From an uncultured Lentisphaeria bacterium (GTDB lineage Bacteria > Verrucomicrobiota > Lentisphaeria > JABSQK01 > JAJFLO01), in the NCBI GenBank assembly GCA_951812855.1, contig OX638337.1, positions 1,530,001-1,562,000 on the forward strand: a stretch of 32,000 bases of DNA. The letters run 5' to 3'. Of the stretch, positions 27,921 through 32,000 are shown piece after piece (position 1 is the stretch's first letter; each line of letters begins with the position of its first letter). Both the position numbers and the translations under genes were made by a program. The notes beneath the pieces are model-generated. The model made no database searches. It was given only the letters and a program-made list of their open reading frames with translations, and had not been told where the DNA came from.

Positions 27921-28490
27921 TTTTCAAAGGGGTGTCTACTATTTTTTGCTGTATAATTCAATCTCTTTTTTTAATTTTTTAATTCTTTTAGTATTAACCC
28001 TATTTTTGACGATAAAGCATCATAGTCTGCTTCCCAAACAGTTCCATCAGAGAAACGAACCTTCACTATACCAGCAATGCCTGTGGTAAATGCGAAGCCT
28101 CCGTCTGCAGGGTCTAACCATACTCCATTTCCATTTCCATCCGGCGGGATATCTTCAATAGAATATCTAGGCATGCTATTAATATGTTTATTCCAGATAT
28201 CAAAACTAAAAAAAGCGATTATTAACGCTACAATGGTTTTTCCACTTGTATTTTTATATTCAGCGTAATGTCTAATTCCTTCTTTTGTGAAAAGGTCGCC
28301 TTCTTGATAAGCAGCTGTATATGATGTAATTTTTAAAGGGGCCCCGCTCTGTTCAACTATTTTTGTAACCGGTTCGATTGCCCGGGCATAGGATGCCGTC
28401 ATTATGGCAATTAACAGAACAGCGATATTTGTTTTCATACTTTCTCCTTAATTATTAGAGTTGGATTTGGTGTTGTTGCATTTAAGCGAC
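27921..28490 (-). repeat. Direct repeat copy B (cassette carrying the 155-aa secreted protein)
   Basis: See copy A. The 5' flanks share tcgcttaaat(g/c)caacaa and contain indels. Confidence 0.9.
27971..28438 (-). CDS. Secreted 155-aa protein of unknown function, paralog 2
   Basis: Signal peptide MKTNIAVLLIAIMTASYARA|IEP and AAGGAG RBS. 30 substitutions and no indels relative to paralog 1. Confidence 0.8.
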   Translation of the reverse strand: MKTNIAVLLIAIMTASYARAIEPVTKIVEQSGAPLKITSYTAAYQEGDLFTKEGIRHYAEYKNTSGKTIVALIIAFFSFDIWNKHINSMPRYSIEDIPPDGNGNGVWLDPADGGFAFTTGIAGIVKVRFSDGTVWEADYDALSSKIGLILKELKN

Positions 28491-28562
28491 TTCAAATCCT
28501 TGTTGTTTATTTAAGATATTGAAAAGAATTTATCTCTCTTATTCATTTTTTTAATAAACAAT

Positions 28563-28724
28563 TCAAGACTTAATTTTCTTTTTATTCAATGCATCGACTA
28601 AATCATTTAAATACTTTTTAGTTTCCTCATCTGTTTTCCTATTTTCTATCTCAATAATAATAGGATCATATTCTCTGTTATTATCGACATATACTTTTTT
28701 ACTTTTCCATTTACAAAGGGGCAT
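28563..28724 (-). CDS. Small ORF (53 aa), hypothetical; below the track's size cut-off
   Basis: My translation: MPLCKWKSKKVYVDNNREYDPIIIEIENRKTDEETKKYLNDLVDALNKKKIKS*. It lies on the same strand as the array and begins right after a copy of the boundary motif. It is followed by an A/T hairpin (28503-28514 / 28551-28561). No clear RBS. Confidence 0.3.
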   Translation of the reverse strand: MPLCKWKSKKVYVDNNREYDPIIIEIENRKTDEETKKYLNDLVDALNKKKIKS

Positions 28725-28727
28725 TTA

Positions 28728-28750
28728 CGAAGGGGTGTCCGCTATTTTAA
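28728..28750 (-). repeat. Third copy of the cassette-boundary motif AAAATAG(YR)RGACACCCCTTYG
   Basis: The plus strand cgaaggggtgtccgctattttaa compares with caaaggggtgtctactatttt at 24265-24285 and 27925-27945. The half-motif tccgctattttaac also occurs at 26402-26415, where it forms the R'-like end of attC-like site 1. Confidence 0.7.
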
Positions 28751-28759
28751 AAAAGAGAA

Positions 28760-28987
28760 ATGAAGAACAATGGAATAGAATTACCCGAAAAGATAGTCTC
28801 GAATCACTACGTCGATATGGAGACTCTGCAAAAACAAATATATGAAAATTATCGACAGAATATTTCGCACGACATTGTTCTTGATGGGAATGCTAGAGTC
28901 GATAACGCCGAAAACATTCTAAAGCTCTTGATGCGACTTGTTCAATGTGTATCAAACCCGGTGTTGGTTGACGAGTCCTACTTATAA
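28760..28987 (+). CDS. Hypothetical 75-aa protein (only plus-strand ORF in the accessory block)
   Basis: ORF with AAGAGAA immediately before the ATG. Its 3' end overlaps the methyltransferase 3' end convergently by 6 nt. No recognisable motif. Confidence 0.35.
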   Translation: MKNNGIELPEKIVSNHYVDMETLQKQIYENYRQNISHDIVLDGNARVDNAENILKLLMRLVQCVSNPVLVDESYL

Positions 28988-30154
28988 AGATGTCTCACAG
29001 ACAGAGCGCATTATATCGTTAGCTATATGTTCACCAATAAACTTTGCCACTTTTGGCGGAATAGCATTACCAATCAGTGTTGCCGAGAGCTGTAAATTGT
29101 CTTCAGGATAAAAAACGTAACTTTTTGGAAAGGTTTGCAACATAGCGCCTTCCCTTATCGAAAGTGCCCGATTCTGGTTGACATCAAAATGTCCAAAGCG
29201 CCCGTTAGTAATCGATAGAAATTTTGTTGTGATCGTCGGAGAAACACAATCTTCAGCCATACGGGTATAGGTATCGCTAAAAGAAGGATTTTTCATTTTA
29301 TTATGGCAATACAAAGACAGATCACCGTAAGGAGTGTTCTTCAAATAGCCGTTTGTCTCACCAGGGATGGCAGAAGAAATGCGTTTCAAATTAAGATCGC
29401 TGAGCGAGCGCGTTCGATGATTACGTATTCTCGGATGGGCTTGTCCGGCGGTCAATGGCGGCAGACCACCAATAACATCGCCTACGGTTCGAGGTTTTGC
29501 TCTCTTGTTTTTTTCAGGAATAGCAGGAGACATTGAAAATTTCTTTTTTCTATAACCCATAATAATGGTTCTTCTTCTGTTTTGAGCAACGCCAAAATTC
29601 TTTACATTAATTATTTTCACATCAACCATATACTTCAATGAATCAAGTTCATCTGTAAAACATTTCAGTATTTCAATATCCTGATCTCGTTTACAGATAC
29701 CTTCAACATTTTCACAGACAACTGCGTCAGGCCGCAATGCTTTGATAACACCCAATGAGGCTGGCAATAAGTCTTTATCCCTGCTTCGGTCAGAGTATCT
29801 TTTGCGCGACAATTCAATTTTAGTAATTCTTGTAAATGGCTGACACGGCGCACATATCGCCAGCAAAAGAATATCACCATTTTTTTTTGCATAACCGCGT
29901 TTTTTTAAACATTGTTTCAGTGCCTTAATAGCAATCTCCTGCTGTCCTTCCGGATAGTTTTCCGTATTCTGAAACAAATCAAACGCCATAAAGTCGGGCA
30001 CCGAGCCATCACAATTTTTATTCTGGCTATACGTTTTTCTGCATCTTTCTTCTTTATCAACACCAGCAACAACCACATAGCCTGCATTCGCAAGACCACA
30101 GGTCATTCCACCAGCGCCACAAAACAAATCGATCACAAATTTCCTCATAGTCAC
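28982..30154 (-). CDS. dcm: DNA (cytosine-5) methyltransferase
   Basis: 390 aa with all C5-MTase motifs: I DLFCGAGG, IV APCQPFT, VI ENV, VIII QNRRR, IX REGAMLQTFP, X GNAIPP. Start is GTG 30154 (overlapping the upstream stop) or ATG 30148. Confidence 0.93.
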   Translation of the reverse strand: MTMRKFVIDLFCGAGGMTCGLANAGYVVVAGVDKEERCRKTYSQNKNCDGSVPDFMAFDLFQNTENYPEGQQEIAIKALKQCLKKRGYAKKNGDILLLAICAPCQPFTRITKIELSRKRYSDRSRDKDLLPASLGVIKALRPDAVVCENVEGICKRDQDIEILKCFTDELDSLKYMVDVKIINVKNFGVAQNRRRTIIMGYRKKKFSMSPAIPEKNKRAKPRTVGDVIGGLPPLTAGQAHPRIRNHRTRSLSDLNLKRISSAIPGETNGYLKNTPYGDLSLYCHNKMKNPSFSDTYTRMAEDCVSPTITTKFLSITNGRFGHFDVNQNRALSIREGAMLQTFPKSYVFYPEDNLQLSATLIGNAIPPKVAKFIGEHIANDIMRSVCETSL

Positions 30155-32000
30155 GATCCGTCTTCGCCACCTAACACATTAATGATTGAAAGTATATAAG
30201 GTGCCATCGCCTGCGAACTTTTTTCTGCCTGTGAATCTGCATCGTCTGGATTTTCTGTTTCATCATAATGTCTATACACAGCCAAAGTTAAAAATCCGAG
30301 GCATATTCTAAAGCGATTTTCATTCAATTTTATGGCCGCTTCATCGTTTCCTAATCTCATTTCTTCTAAACGTTCATGGTCTCTATTTACATAAACCATT
30401 AGCCCTTCTTCTGAGTTAATGACTTTTGCTCCAGATTTTTCATCGAAACCGTATTCATCCCAATTAGATTTTTCTGCCCATTGCGTAGGGTCGGCTATTT
30501 GTGGCTTCTCTGTGTTTTTTGTATCAGATTTTGTTGTGCCCCCAGATTTTGCAGGATTTTCTTCGGGTGTGATCTTTATCTTTATAGGGACTGTTAAAGG
30601 AACAGGTCGCGGGCCGTGATCGTCAAAACCAATTTCAAAATCGATAACATCGCCAACTTGTTTATGTTTTGGAACCGAAACAGTAAATGTTGCCGTTCCA
30701 TTGCGCAGGCTGGCGCTTCTTGGCAGATCTGCACTCGTCAATGAACACTTCACCCAGCCAGGGCTGTTGGTTCTGGAAAGATAATCATCGGCGGCATCTG
30801 TGCCACATTTTATTTTTCGGTTTGCATTGACGGGAACTTCTTTTAAAAAATATTTATTTTGCCCTTCTTTGACAGGAGTCAAATTCAGAGGGTTTAAAAA
30901 AGTAGGGAATTTCTTTCCTTCATACAACTCTGTTCCTCTTGGAGTTTTTATCGTTTTAATCGCCGCATTTCCAAAACCAAGAAGTTCTTTTATCATAGGA
31001 TCTCGTGCAATAAAATCGTTAAGCATTTTTTGGGTTTCTTCATCATTTTCAATTTTTTCTTTTGCCCGCCGCAGGCGAATAATTTTTGCGTATTGTTTTA
31101 GTTTAGAATCGTCTTTCAAGCGATCTTTTACCAATTTTTTCAACTCTCGGGATAGGTTGTTAATTATCATCCGCTCACGATCACCCATAAATATTGTTAA
31201 GGCATCTCTGTTCATTTCCTCACATTGAACGTTAATGATAAGGTGATTTTGAAGATCTCCGAGCTTTACGCTGTTCAGCAAGCCCGCATTTTCTGTTGCG
31301 TGAGTTTGGCCGTTGATAGTGTAAAATACACGCTTCCTGCTGTTCTCCATATAGTTGGGAAGTTTGCTAACGCCTGTAGCGATAATTCTAACTTTTCCCA
31401 ATTCAGGATTGGATAAGTCATCTTCGACCAAATGAACAAATTCAGTGGTTCCTTTTGCTGGAGCCTCAGTTGGAATTTCCGGATCTTGATTAGAAGGATC
31501 TGCAAACTCGGCATTGAGTATCACACTCATACCGCTAAATGTGCGATCTGCGATACCTTGTGCTCTGCGTTTTCCTTTCCCTTGTGTTAGTTTGGCATCA
31601 AAATCATATAAGCGAATTGGCAATGCACAATCCAAAAGATTCAGATTCAGCGCGTAATAAAGCCCGAAATCAACACCATGCGCGCCATCTCCTATGTCGT
31701 AATCAAACAATCTTACAACCGAACCTTGTGCTATCAATCCAATTTCCTTATCACCAAAAGACGGTATTGTGGAGGCTTTGAATTGTGGAATTTTGTCATC
31801 AGGTGCCAAATATTCGACGGTTGGCAGTTTTTTACCCTCCTTTATTTTCGGGACGCGAATCAAACTCCAGCCCCAGCTATCAGAATTTCGTTTTTTGCTG
31901 ACTATCAGTTTATAGTGCGGCTTGTCCGATTCTGAGCAAAACCGGATTGAACCGGTTGACCCCATATTGAACTTTCCCTGAACAAAGCCAATACCTTCTT
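30151..32000 (-). CDS. Large protein, N-terminus off-window; possible GHKL/MORC-like ATPase with a long uncharacterised C-terminal region
   Basis: The track starts at Met 31965, but my translation of 32000-31966 gives EGIGFVQGKFN with no stop, so the frame is open to the window edge. GKFNMGSTGS resembles the GxFGxG ATP-lid box of HATPase_c_3/MORC proteins. The remaining ~600 aa have no motif I recognise. Its stop is within 2-4 nt of the dcm start. Confidence 0.5.
   Translation of the reverse strand, partial: EGIGFVQGKFNMGSTGSIRFCSESDKPHYKLIVSKKRNSDSWGWSLIRVPKIKEGKKLPTVEYLAPDDKIPQFKASTIPSFGDKEIGLIAQGSVVRLFDYDIGDGAHGVDFGLYYALNLNLLDCALPIRLYDFDAKLTQGKGKRRAQGIADRTFSGMSVILNAEFADPSNQDPEIPTEAPAKGTTEFVHLVEDDLSNPELGKVRIIATGVSKLPNYMENSRKRVFYTINGQTHATENAGLLNSVKLGDLQNHLIINVQCEEMNRDALTIFMGDRERMIINNLSRELKKLVKDRLKDDSKLKQYAKIIRLRRAKEKIENDEETQKMLNDFIARDPMIKELLGFGNAAIKTIKTPRGTELYEGKKFPTFLNPLNLTPVKEGQNKYFLKEVPVNANRKIKCGTDAADDYLSRTNSPGWVKCSLTSADLPRSASLRNGTATFTVSVPKHKQVGDVIDFEIGFDDHGPRPVPLTVPIKIKITPEENPAKSGGTTKSDTKNTEKPQIADPTQWAEKSNWDEYGFDEKSGAKVINSEEGLMVYVNRDHERLEEMRLGNDEAAIKLNENRFRICLGFLTLAVYRHYDETENPDDADSQAEKSSQAMAPYILSIINVLGGEDGS

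Overview
AT-rich bacterial chromosomal window; sampled 60-nt lines of core genes are roughly one-third G+C. No CRISPR array or rRNA is visible.

Layout:
- 1-16.7 kb, housekeeping and envelope genes: hisA 3' end, PSP1/RicT-like protein, O-antigen-ligase-like/TPR protein, GT2 transferase, transketolase-superfamily enzyme, pyruvate dehydrogenase E1+E2, tRNA-Pro(CGG), UDP-glucose 6-dehydrogenase, a decayed response-regulator pseudogene, a ~700-aa GreA-like factor, CysE.
- 16.7-20 kb, decayed accessory patch: an IS3-family remnant abutting a truncated wecB-like gene, a visibly higher-GC GT4 glycosyltransferase, an IS1595 remnant, and a truncated, frameshifted ERI-1/KapD-like exonuclease gene.
- 20-24 kb, core again: class-I glutamine amidotransferase, DsbD-family reductase, Gmk.
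- 24.2-28.8 kb, the most interesting part: an all-minus-strand array of short gene cassettes. Two cassettes are bounded by attC-like imperfect inverted repeats (integron-type architecture; no integrase is visible in the window). The array carries a duplicated 155-aa secreted protein, a DUF1828/DUF1829-type two-gene module, an RDD-family membrane protein, and a tightly coupled SLATT(DUF4231)-like 2TM protein plus MTH538/ThsB-like TIR protein. That last pair is my best candidate for an uncharacterised defence or abortive-infection module.
- 29-32 kb: a C5 DNA methyltransferase tightly coupled to a large protein whose reading frame stays open past the window edge. Its first visible residues resemble a GHKL/MORC ATP-lid motif.

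All family assignments come from reading motifs by eye. None has been verified by a search.
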